Assembly (NCBI RefSeq): GCF_006345805.1
Contig: NC_042999.1
Span: 68,138,001 to 68,202,000, forward strand
Source of the DNA: Octopus sinensis
Lineage: Eukaryota
Length of the DNA stretch: 64,000 bases
Reading direction: 5' to 3'
The translations under genes were made by a program, and so were the position numbers. Positions within the stretch are counted from its first letter, which is position 1, and every line of letters starts with the position of its first letter. Of this stretch, positions 12,752 through 23,624 are shown in pieces. The notes below the pieces were generated by a model. It was not told the DNA's origin and did not search any database. It saw only the letters and a list, made by a program, of their open reading frames with translations.

Positions 12752-13700
12752 TAGCAGAGACACCTGGCAATGCCAGGATTAAAATGGCATAGTTTGTATA
12801 TAATATATTACAATTATGTTGCAACAGGTGATATGGGAAAGTGAAGCATTGACAACAAAACATTTGTGGAGTAAATGATGGGCTAATTCGACTGGCCAAA
12901 CATCCGTTTGAAGTATTTCAGGCCCTAACCTGTCATACAAAATTGGGAGTGGGGTTATGTGATTTTTGGATGCACTGAAAAGTTGTCAGTGGTTATATTC
13001 TCTTTTGCAGCAGTCAGCGCTGTGTCTAACACATCCATCATCTGAAATTTTATCACATCCTTCAGGTTTGTTGTCCTGCGTCACTCATAAAGTAAATTTG
13101 GAGGAACTGTGGTTGTTCATTTAGGGATAACAGGGAACCAATGAGAAGATAGACTTGCCCTTGAACTTTGACGTCATCGTAAATTGATGCTTATCTATCT
13201 TAGATGCACCAAACGATGTCATTTGAAATGCAGCATTGTATTGTCTGATATTGTTCAGAAAATCCTTTGACTAGAAGATCCATAAGAGGTTGAGAAGGAG
13301 CTGGTAGTGCTGGCAATATTACCTGACCACCTGAGTAGCACATACCATTTATTTCATTTGAAAATTTTAAAGCTCTACAGAAAAGACAATTTGTGTTTAG
13401 CACACCAATTTGGAAGAAGTAATTATTTTTATAAGGATGGGATGGATTATATCTGAAAACAGCTTCAGGAGTTGTGAAGAACGAATTTGTACATAGTCTG
13501 TTTCTGAGAACTATTCTATTGGACCTCTGTCTAATCATTAAAACATTGATTGAATGATCCAACATCAACTGCTGCAACATGCATTTGCTGATCTTGGGAA
13601 AGTCTCATCTAGCTTCTCTCTTCAGACTCTCACCTTTGGTTTTCTACAATCCTCCTTGCTTTATACTTGTTTCTGGAGAGATTACATCTTTCCTTTGGTG
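12751..13700 (-). mobile_element. Helitron deletion derivative; 5' end uncertain, possibly ~14399
   Basis: Minus-strand 3' end: hairpin cctggcattgccagg then tgtctctgCTAG|T at 12751; internal RepHel remnant. Confidence 0.75.
12990..13600 (-). pseudogene. Helitron RepHel N-terminal region remnant (frameshifted)
   Basis: Across frames: FRYNPSHPY...IGVLNTNCLFCRALKFSNEINGMCYSGGQVILP / FLNNIRQYNAAFQMTSFGAS / KVQGQVYLLIGSLL..NEQPQFLQIYFM, typical of animal Helitron RepHel upstream of Rep. Confidence 0.85.
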
Positions 13701-14409
13701 GCATATTTTTCCCAATATTTTTTTTTTTAAATCTGAACATAGAAAGAAATTATACATTAATCCCTATTTTTGTAAGCAGTTGTATCCATAAAAATTTTAT
13801 TTAAAGAGAGCAGAAATTGAAAGAAGAGAAAGTAAAAAAAAAACAGAAAGAAAGTGAAAGATGTACGTAATGGACGTGTGTGTGTGTGTGTGTGTACATG
13901 TGTGTGTGTGTTTATGTGAGAGAGAAAGAGGGTGAGAAAGAGAGCTAGAGTGAGTGAGTGAAGGTGTAGCGTGATGATTGATGTCTTTTAAGGTACACAC
14001 ACATATAGAAAATCTGATGTCATCATATAAAATTTTTACAACAGTTGATTTATGGAAACGATTATGATAAATTTTTGAAATGTAAATATGTGACTGGAAA
14101 TTAAGTTTAATTTGTAGCTAAAATAGTACTGAATCTTTTGACACCCATTACGTCAAAATCTGTAACTCGGTTTTGGAAAGCATAAGGAATATATGATATA
14201 TAGAACAGTATCTCACATAACAATACAGACGTAATACTGCAATAGTGTAAGAGATAACAGCTTGCTCTGGGCTCACATTAGGCAAGAAGTCGAAAATTTT
14301 TGGGGCCCATAACACTGCATGGACTTTTGCTTTTGTAGTTGACACCTGTTGCTTTAAGTGTTTTATTTGTATTATACATATATATATATATATATATAGG
14401 GGCACAAAT

Positions 14410-15822
14410 AACTACAGGGGCATCAAGCTGTTGGATCAGGTAATGAAGGTTACGGAGAGGGTTATAGCCCAGTTAATTAGAGAGTTAGCTTAGATGATAT
14501 GCAGTTTGGGTTCGTGCCAGGGAAAAGTACTACTGATGCTATATTCCTGGTAAGACAGCTGCAGGAGAAATACCTAGCCAAAGGTAAGCCCTTGTACCTG
14601 GCTTTTGTTGACTTAGAGAAAGCCTTTGACAGGGTCCCCCGATCCCTTATCTGGTGGTCAATGAGGAAACTAGGGATAGATGAATGGTTAGTGAGAGCTG
14701 TGCGAGCCATGTACAGAGACGCAGCTAGTAAGGTGAGGTTGGCAACGAGTACAGTGAAGAATTCCGGGTAGAGGTTGGGGTCCACCAAGGTTCAGTCCTC
14801 AGCCCCCTCCTATTTATCATAGTCTCCAGGCAATAACGGAAGAATTTAAGACAGGATGCCCCTGGGAGCTCCTATATGCTGATGACCTTGCTCTAATTGC
14901 TGAGTCACTATCAGAACTGGAGGAGAAGTTCCAGGTGTGGAAACAAGGATTAGAATCGAAGGGCCTTAGAATCAACCTAGCCAAAACCAAAGTCCTAATA
15001 AGTAGGAAGGTGGACCAACCACAAACGACTTCAGGTAGATGGCCCTGCTCGATCTGTAGAAAAGGTGTAGGTAGAAACTCTATAGGTGCACCAAGTGTAA
15101 GCTATGGACACATAAGAGGTGCAGCAATATCAAAGGTAGGCTAACTGGGAAGATAGTTTTCGTATGTGGCAGATGCTCAGGAGAAATAAACACTGGAAAT
15201 GTGCAGAGACCAACTTACCACGTTCCAGGGAGACAAACTAGAAGTAGTTGATAGCTTCCGCTACCTTGGAGACCAAATTAGTAGCGGGGGTGGGTGTGCT
15301 GAAAGTGTAACTGCTAGAGTAAGAATAGCCTGGGCAAAGTTTAGAGAGCTCTTACCCTGCTGGTGACAAAAGGCCTCTCGCTCAGAGTAAAGGCAGACTT
15401 TATGATGCATGTGTACGTACAGCCATGCTACATGGTAGTGAAACATGGGCCGTGACTGCTGAGGATATGCGTAAGCTCGCAAGAAATGAAGCCAGTATGC
15501 TCCGATGGATGTGTAATGTCAGTGTCATAATCGTCAGAGTGTAAGTACCTTGAGAGAAAAGTTGAACCTAAGAAGCGTCAGTTGTGGTATGCAAGAGAGA
15601 CGGCTGCGCTGGTATGGTCATATGACGAGAATGGCTGAAGATAGTTGTGTGCAAAAGTGCTACACCCTAGCAGTTGAGGGAACCTGTGGAAGAGGTAGAC
15701 CCAGGAAAACCTGGGACGAAGTGGTGAAGCACGACCTACGAACTTTAGGTCTCACCAAGGAAATGACTAGAGACCGAGACCTATGGAAGTATGCTGTGCG
15801 TGAGAAGACCCGGCAAGACTAG
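14410..15822 (+). pseudogene. RTE ORF2 reverse transcriptase (partial, 8 frameshifts) with inserted PHD-type finger
   Basis: NYRGIKLL, QFGFVPGKST, FVDLEKAFDRV, GVHQGSVLSPLLF, YADD (14875-14886), FRYLG, RGRPRKTW; TAG at 15820-15822. Confidence 0.95.
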
Positions 15823-16129
15823 TCAGGCCATAACCCGTGGCCCCTACCTAGGACGTAGTCAGTCCACCTGTGCATACCTTCCTTCTTGTGACACTTGTGA
15901 AGACCTGTTGAGGCAAGTGAAAATCAAACAAAATCAAAATAGATGAACATCAATGGAATTTGTATCTTTGTGGTACCAGTGCCGGTGGCACACAAGAATA
16001 CCATCCGAACATGGGTGTAGCCAGTACGCAACGACTGCCTCCATGCTGTGGGCACGTAACAATCACCACCCAATCGTGGCCGATCGCCAGCCAAATCTGG
16101 CTCCTGTGTCGGTGGCCACATAAAAAAAA

Positions 16130-16501
16130 CACCATCCGAGCGTGGTCGTCTGCTAGCCTTGTCTGGCACCTGTGTCGGTGGCACATAAAAAAACACCATC
16201 CGAGCGTGGCCGTTCGCCAGCCTCGTCTGGCACCTGTGTCGGTGGCACATAAAAACACCATCCGAGCGTGGTCGTCTGCCAGCCTTGTCTGGCACCTGTG
16301 TAGGTGGCACATAAAAACACCATCCGAGCGTGGCCGTTCGCCAGCCTCGTCTGGCACCTGTGTCGGTGGCACATAAAACCACCATCCAAGCGTGGTCGTC
16401 TGCCAGCCTTGTCTGGCACCTGTGTCGGTGGCACATAAAAACACCATCGAGCGTGGCCGTTCGCCAGCCTCGTCTGGCACCAGTGTCGGTGGCACATAAA
16501 A
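16130..16501. repeat. 62-bp tandem array in the RTE 3' UTR, 6 units alternating A/B
   Basis: Unit starts 16130, 16194, 16256, 16318, 16380, 16442. Confidence 0.95.
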
Positions 16502-16667
16502 TCACCCACTACACTCTCGGAGTGGTTGGCGTTAGGAAGGGCATCCAGCTGTAGAAACACTGCCAGATCTGACTGGCCTGGTGCAGCCTTCGGGCTCCCC
16601 AGACACCAGTTGAACCGTCCAACCCATGCTAGCATGGAAAGCGGACGTTAAATGATGATGATGATGA

Positions 16668-16715
<48 letters not shown>

Positions 16716-17354
16716 TATATATGTATATATATAATATTATATATATATATATATGTATGTATAAGCAAATGAGAGAGACCTCTACATGGTATCTAAACTT
16801 GGTAGAAAAAGCAGCCAAATCTCCATCAAAACACCCTACTGTCTTAATTCAACAATTCTACCCATTATGTAGTTTGAATGAGAAACTGTAACTAAAGATT
16901 AAGATTATTAACCCCACAGAGAGAGGAAAGAAGAGAGACAGCATAGCGACGGTTTTGGCTGACTGTCATCCTGCACTCCCCTTATTGCTAATGAAATGGT
17001 ATGTGCCAGATGTCTGAGCAACTGGTTGTTTTAATGGCGGAACAAACAAGACATAAAGATTATAAAAATAGCGATTCTCACTTTGAAACTAACGATTTTT
17101 TACATCTCTTCCTTGCAGTCCAGTTCACCCAAGATTAACTGATTGAATGCAAGTACATGAAACTCTGAGTAGCAACAGAATGAATTATCAACTAATACCT
17201 GATATTCTGTGAGTATGAGTGTAGGTTTGTGTGTGGATGTATGTATGTAGATGCATATTCATATGTATTCATACTCTTGAATTCCATCAATGTTAACAAG
17301 ATAATGAAAGAATACACACACACACATATACATAAGTGTGTGTATGTATATATG

Positions 17355-17400
<46 letters not shown>

Positions 17401-17401
<1 letters not shown>

Positions 17402-17503
17402 GGCTTGAAACATAAAAGACTTCTCACTTTCCCGAGCGTCAAACTAATACACCTGCTTGTTGTTCATACACCTGTCTTTGTCTTTTGTTTTTCTGTTAAA
17501 TTT

Positions 17504-17509
<6 letters not shown>
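17401..17509 (+). mobile_element. Family E element, 3' half (E1)
   Basis: aggcttgaaacataaaagac...cccgagcgtcaaactaatacacctgcttgttgttcatacacctg matches 23700-23808. Confidence 0.75.
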
Positions 17510-17546
<37 letters not shown>

Positions 17547-17989
17547 ATATATATATATGCATATATACATACGACCGCAATTCGTTGGAATTTTATACAG
17601 AGCTTCGTCTGCTACCCACCAAGGACCGCATCTACTTATTTTTTTCGAAAATCGATATTGGGGCCTGTTGAGCAGTGCGAGGAGTGAGAAGAGTCGTACT
17701 CACATGTGAGCTTTACTCAATCAGCTGTTAAGTGCACGCAAAGATTGCTCGAAAATGCTGCAGTAATTAGACATGAAAACCAGAAGGTTTTTTTTTGTAT
17801 TGCTGGACATAAACGTTTTCTTAAGCAAATTTTAAAAAGTTCTTTTCACATTGGTTGGTCACGTTAGGGCGGTTATTTTGTTATCTTATACAGTCGACAA
17901 TTTTTTTCTTATATTGTCATTTTTTATAGGAATTATAATAATAAATGTATCTTATTTTAAGTTGATAATAACTTTGGCACTAAAAAATG

Positions 17990-18425
17990 TGCATTATTCA
18001 CCCAAATTGTTTGTAGAAAATAATGCAGGTTTGTTCAAACATGGGTAACAGTTATGAAAAACGAAAGCAATATCATACTTGCATTTCGTTTGCGCTAAAA
18101 AATGTGCATTATTCACCCAAATTGTTTGTAGAAAATAATGCACGGTAGTTCAAACAGGTACTACTTGAGAAGAGTAGCCCCGGTGCGCGCACTCGCGTAC
18201 TCGCGCTAGCTAGTCATGATTAGTCGATCCTTACCTTGTATTTTGTGTTATTTACTTTGTTTAAAAAATTATTTATTTTGTGTTTTATTTACTTTGCTAG
18301 GTAGTCGTTGTAGGATCGACTAGTCACGACTAGCTAGCGCGGATGCGCGACTACGTGAGTGCGCGCATCGGGACCACTGTTCTCGAGTAGTTCCGTCCAA
18401 ACATGGGTAACAGTTATGAAAAACG
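17990..18425. repeat. 105-bp tandem duplication whose second unit is split by a MITE
   Basis: ctaaaaaatgtgcattattcacc... at 17990 and 18095; caaacatgggtaacagttatgaaaaacg at 18036 and 18398. Confidence 0.9.
18157..18394. mobile_element. 238-bp MITE, GG...CC termini, ~75-83-bp TIRs, 9-bp TSD
   Basis: Arms 18157-18231 and 18312-18394; TSD gttcaaaca / gtccaaaca; empty site in the upstream tandem unit. Confidence 0.85.
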
Positions 18426-18895
18426 GAAAAGGTAAAACATTATCACCCTTATTGTATTTCGTTTTTCTTGCATTCCCGTTTACAAACGTAAGGCGTTGTT
18501 TCAGTAAGTAAACTGTCAACTGTGTCTTCACTCGGATTTATTTTCACTCTTTGCACTTGAAATAAAAGGTACGTTTCCTTAAGATTATTTTTTGGCATAT
18601 TTCACAACCGACAACTCCTAAACTATTTTATGTTAAGTTTAACATTTGACTTTGTACTATTTATCGTTTTGCTCCTGATGTTAATACTTGAAAATATATC
18701 GTTACATTAACAATATTACGGAAAAGTTCATTTAAGGGTTAGTTTATAAATTAAAGACATAAAAATATTCCATTTTGGTCTTTTTGACCACCATTGGTCC
18801 CATGAATTTATGACGGAATATTTTGTGAGGTTACATTTTCGTTTTATACCACCCGGTTTACAATAAAATTGGGGCCCTTTGAAGAACTTTTACAT

Positions 18896-19517
18896 GGCGA
18901 AGTTTCGGTTGTCGTAGCACACGTTTCCGTCGATTTCCGTAAAAAACTTTTATTTTTTTACATATGGCTTTGCGGGAATATTTGAAGTAATGAGAGCGAA
19001 AGAGACTAAGAGGAAGCGATTTTATGACGAGGGAATTTCTTTTTGAAGTCCCCGTGTGTGTGTTTGATGGGGTGTGGGAGACAGACAGTATGTTGTGTAA
19101 GTGAAGTGCTTCTGTTAGTGTGTGCGAAGAGACAGAGAGAGTAATGTGTGAAAGAGAGAGATAACTGAAATTTTTTACTCGGTGTATGTGTATATGTATG
19201 TGTGTGTGTGTATGTATCTATGTATGTGTGTGTGTATGTATGTGTGTGTGTGTGTAAGTATGTGTGTAAGTATGTGTGTGTGTATGTATGTATGGCCGAT
19301 TCAGTGTAATTTTTTACTCGGTGTATGTGTATATGTATGTCTGCATGTATGTGTGTGTGTATGTATCTATGTATGTGTGTGTGTGTATGTATGTGTGTGT
19401 GTATGTATGTGTGTATGTATGTATGTATGTATGTATGTATGGCCGATTCAGTGTTTACATTTTTTATGGAAATCGACAATCGACGGAAACGTGTGCTACG
19501 ACAAACGAAACATCGCC
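18896..19517. mobile_element. 622-bp MITE, GG...CC termini, ~50-bp TIRs, 8-bp TSD (Merlin/Mutator-like)
   Basis: TIRs ggcgaagtttcggttgtcgtagcacacgtttccgtcga... and ...tcgacggaaacgtgtgctacgacaaacgaaacatcgcc; TSD ttttacat at 18888-18895 and 19518-19525; two internal ~140-bp repeats. Confidence 0.85.
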
Positions 19518-19524
19518 TTTTACA

Positions 19525-19877
19525 TCTCTATATATATAAAGCTGAAGTTCTCTGTGTGGAAGGTTTGGTAGCCTTCAACTAACACTATCTCCTCTGAGAA
19601 CCTGCAGCGCAAGTTGACCAAAATTGAGAGTATGATAGAAAGCATGCTCTTCCTTCCGTAGAAGAAAAAATTCAAATCGGACCATGTTAACACCAAAAAT
19701 TATTTATGAAAATCTTTATTTTTTACGATTTTTTGTCGCCATTTTTTGGCGTATTTCAATCAGAAAAATGTTCACTAAAGAGAATAACAAGCTACATAAT
19801 GCAAAATTTTTACTTTTCAAAAATTCCAATTCTAAAGGGTCGAAACAAACCCGAGCAACGCCGGGCGATACTGCTTG
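19525..19877 (+). mobile_element. Non-autonomous Helitron
   Basis: A|TCTCTATATATATAAA start; 3' hairpin cccgagcaacgccggg then cgatactgCTTG|T. Confidence 0.8.
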
Positions 19878-19899
19878 TTCCCTATACACGAGCGATTCT

Positions 19900-20070
19900 C
19901 TCTTGTTCAACATCTCAATATGTTAACTTAGAAGGGATTTCTGCTTTTACATAAGATAACAGAAGACACAAAGCTCGCTGAAATAGTGCCTGGGGTTTTC
20001 ATGGGTTTTTATAAAGGATGATTTTCCCAAGAGCAACTTAAACCGTCCAAAGGACGGGTACTTCAGCTAA
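19900..20070 (+). mobile_element. Helitron-like 3' end; 5' limit unknown
   Basis: Hairpin ccgtcc-aaa-ggacgg then gtacttcagCTAA|T followed by (TA)n. Confidence 0.5.
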
Positions 20071-20309
20071 TATATATATATATATATGTGTGTGGTGTGT
20101 GTGTGTGTATTCACCTCAATAGACGTCATTGATTGGTTGAAATTGGGAGCCAGTCAGGCAGCACTGGCATCGACCATGCTCAAATAGTGCTTTTTACATG
20201 CCACCAGCACAGGAGTCAGTCAGGTGGCACTGGCATCAACCATGCTCGAATGCATTTATAGACACATACATATAGTCTTAGTAAGTAGAAAAACACACAA
20301 AACACAAGT

Positions 20310-21200
20310 CCCTTCTGGGAGCTAGCCCTGCTTGATATTTAAGAAGGGTGTTGGTAGAAATTCTATACATTTAACCAGGGCATGCTTTGGACACATACGA
20401 ATGTAATGGTATGACAGGAAGGTTAACAGAGAAAATAGTTTTTTAGTGTGGCAAACGTACAGGTACAATAAGTACTAAAAAATGTGCAGACAATAGATTC
20501 CTTCAAATGCTCAGCAGGGATCATTAGATCTAAATTAGTAGTACATAGATTCTGTTACCTAGGTGACCAAGTTAGCAGTGGAGGAGGAAGTTCTGAAAGT
20601 GCAGTTGCTAGAATAAGAACAGCTGGGCAATATTCAGAGAGCTTCTATCTTTGTTGGTAACTAAGAATCTCTCTTTCAGAGTGAAAGGCAGATTGTATGA
20701 TGTCTGTGTATGTATGGCTATGCTACATGGCAGTGAAGCATGGACTTGAAAAGGCTTGAAAGAAATGAAGCTAGCTTGCTCTGCTGGATGGGTAGTGTCA
20801 GTGTGCACACATGACGGAGTGTAAATGATTTAAGAGGAAAACTGAGTATAAGAGGCATCAGATGTTGTGTGCAAGAGAAAAGACTGTGCTGGCTGGTCTT
20901 GTGATGCATATGGATGAGGACAGCCGCATAAAGAAGTGCTGAGCTCTGATTGTGGAGGGAACTTGTTAAAGGAGCAGAAACAGGAAGACATGGGACAAAG
21001 TTGTGAGAAAGGATCTTCAGACATTGGGCCTCACTGAGGAATTGACAAAGGACTGGAAGTTGTGGCATTTTGCTGTACTTGATAAGACAGAGCAAGCTAA
21101 GTAAAATTGCTGTCTTCCATACATACTGGTTTGTCCTTTACAGATGCTGGTGCCACATAGAATGCACTCGTGCTGGTATTGTGTAGGTACACGCATGCCA
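20310..21200 (+). mobile_element. Old RTE LINE fragment, PHD region to C-terminus
   Basis: agaagggtgttggtagaaattctata (cf. 15058-15084), ttacctaggtgaccaagttagcag, gaagacatgggacaaagttgtg. Confidence 0.85.
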
Positions 21201-21209
21201 GTGGCACAG

Positions 21210-21390
21210 GAAAAGTGAGAGAGAAAGAGAGCTAGAGTGAGTGAGTGAAGGTGTGTCGTGATGATTGATGTCTTAAGGTACACAGAAAATGTGATGTCAT
21301 TGTATAGAATTTTTACGACAGTTGATTTATGGAAAAGATTATGTTAAATTTTTGAAATGTAAATATGTGAATGGAAATTAAGTTTAACTA
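21210..21390. repeat. Dispersed ~180-bp copy of 13930-14110
   Basis: gagagctagagtgagtgagtgaaggtgt...tttttgaaatgtaaatatgtga.tggaaattaagtttaa occurs at both loci. Confidence 0.85.
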
Positions 21391-21796
21391 AGCAGTTCAG
21401 CATAACAGACTGATGGAGTAAGTATTAGGCTTACAAAGAATAAGTCCTGGGGTCGATTTGTTTGATTAAAGGCAGTGCTCCAGCATGGCCACAGTCAAAT
21501 GACTGAAACAAATAAAAGAATAAAAAAATAATTAGTCATATTTTGATCAGTAATGATAAGAGTAATATTACACAAATTGGAGATATAAACAGATTAGAGA
21601 TAAATTTTGTTGGACACCTGAGTTTATGACAAGGTAATGTTTTCAGAAAAAAATAATCTGTTGATAAATTAGTACAAAATGTTAGCAAAGTGGCATAAAT
21701 TAGCAAACATATATATATATATATACCTGCATTTATATACAAGCAGCCACATACATACATGCATAAATACATATATATATGTACATACACACATAT

Positions 21797-22068
21797 GGCG
21801 CAATGGCCCAGTGGTTAGGGCAGCGGACTCGTGGTTGTAGGATCATGGTTTCGACTGGGCATTGTGAGTGTTTGAGCGAAAATACCTAAAGCTCCACGAG
21901 GCTCCAGCAGGGGATGGTGGCGATCCCTGCTGTACTCTTTCGCCATAACTTCCTCTCACACTTTCTTCTGTTGGCCTGCTTTGCTTAGCCAGCGGGATGG
22001 CATCATTTGAAGGCTAAAACAAAGCGCATTGTGTAACAACATCTGATAGCCTGGTCGATCACGATGAT
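21797..22068 (+). mobile_element. SINE family C
   Basis: Matches 296-602 throughout. Confidence 0.85.
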
Positions 22069-22279
22069 ATATATATATGAAGTGGTGAAGCATGACCTTC
22101 AAACATTGGGCCTGTCTTTGCTACTAATGTCGTCCAAGGAAAAGTAAAGGCCAATATGGTTTGACACCAATGATGTCGCTAATCATTTCTACAGCTGATT
22201 GAACTGGAGCAACATGAGATAAAGTGTCTTGCTACACAACACACAGCCTGGTCCAGGAATCGAACTCACTACCTCATGA

Positions 22280-23120
22280 TGCACACACACACACACACAC
22301 ACACATCCATATACACACATACACAAAGATGCAAGGATGCAGTTACATCTAAGCACATTCACAGGTACAAGTACATACACACCACACACACACACACTAC
22401 ACACACATGCTTGAACAAGTAATCCTTGTATATACACATGCATACACACATGTATATACAAACACAAACAATAAATAGCTGAACAAACACACATACACAC
22501 ATATCTAAATACACACAAACACTTACACACACACACAAATGCATACAGAAGTGTACACACAGACACAAAGACACAAACACATGCATGCAAGCACACAAAG
22601 TTACACCAAGACATTCACGTGCACAAATGCACACACCCACACACACAAATACATGCATGTACACAAATACACACACACATACATATATACATACATGCAT
22701 ACACTCATGCATACTCGCATACATACATACACACACATACATACATACACACATGCATACACGCATACATACATACACACATATACATACATATATACAT
22801 GTATACAAGCATACGTGCATACATACACACATACATGCATACATAGAAACATACATACATACATGCATACACTCATACACACACACATACATGCATACGT
22901 GCATACATACAAACACACACGTACATACATACATGCATACATACATACAATACATACATACATACATAATTCATGCATATACACATACATACATACGTGC
23001 ATACACACATATACATACATACATAATTACATACATACATAATTACATACATACATACATACATATAAACAAAGACATACATAGACACACAGACACTCAC
23101 GCAGACACAGCCACACAAAA
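22280..23120. repeat. (CA)n/(CATA)n compound microsatellite field
   Basis: Direct inspection. Confidence 0.9.
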
Positions 23121-23451
23121 ATTATCCTCTTAAGCTAAGATTACAGAAGCCAAACCAAAAATAGTATGTTTGATGTTTAGTACTAAGTTTTAAATATCCA
23201 TTAGTGATAACTAGGAGGGTTTCATCATAATTTAACCAAAATTGTTTAGTTTTTAACATAATGGCCTCAAAGTTAACTAATATTTTCTCCGGTGGAACAA
23301 TGAAATGGAATCTAGTAAAAAGTAATAAAAACATAATTGTTCTGTGAATGGCTTTACAGAAATATTTTGACTTCAAATGATATTTTCAAAATTGTTTATC
23401 TATGGTCATGTATGTATGTATGTAGATGTATATATATATATATATATATAC

Positions 23452-23584
23452 ATTGTTTATTTCTGGCGAAGAGCTCCGATCAAAACGTTAAACCCTCCTT
23501 CATTCCTGAGCGTCCAATAATACTTTATTTGTTCCACGTCCTCGCGTTGCTGTGTTTTTTTTTTTTGTGTTTTCTTGTTTGGAT

Positions 23585-23588
<4 letters not shown>
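23452..23588 (+). mobile_element. Family D element, 5'-truncated (D3)
   Basis: Motif 23459-23493 attt-ctggcga-a-gagc-tcc-gatc-aaaac-gtt-aaac; 3' part nearly identical to D1. Confidence 0.75.
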
Positions 23589-23623
<35 letters not shown>

Positions 23624-23624
23624 G

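Larger units (their letters stand above)
14399..16669 (+). mobile_element. Young 5'-truncated RTE-clade LINE
   Basis: RT and C-terminal ORF2 followed by an ~850-bp 3' UTR ending ggacgttaaat(gat)n; both ends lie in (TA)n. Confidence 0.95.

Noticed and set aside
15924-16635. Overlapping 138-193 aa ORFs and a CRISPR-like look of the 62-bp array
   Set aside because: They lie in the RTE 3' UTR tandem repeat; units are contiguous with no unique spacers, no cas genes are present, and the context is eukaryotic.
22189-23133. Long ORFs (up to 202 aa) and similar ones at 28594-30317, 40910-41370, 49050-49926 (267 aa) and 52306-52833
   Set aside because: They translate (TA)n, (CA)n and (TATG)n microsatellites, which lack stops in several frames; no protein features.
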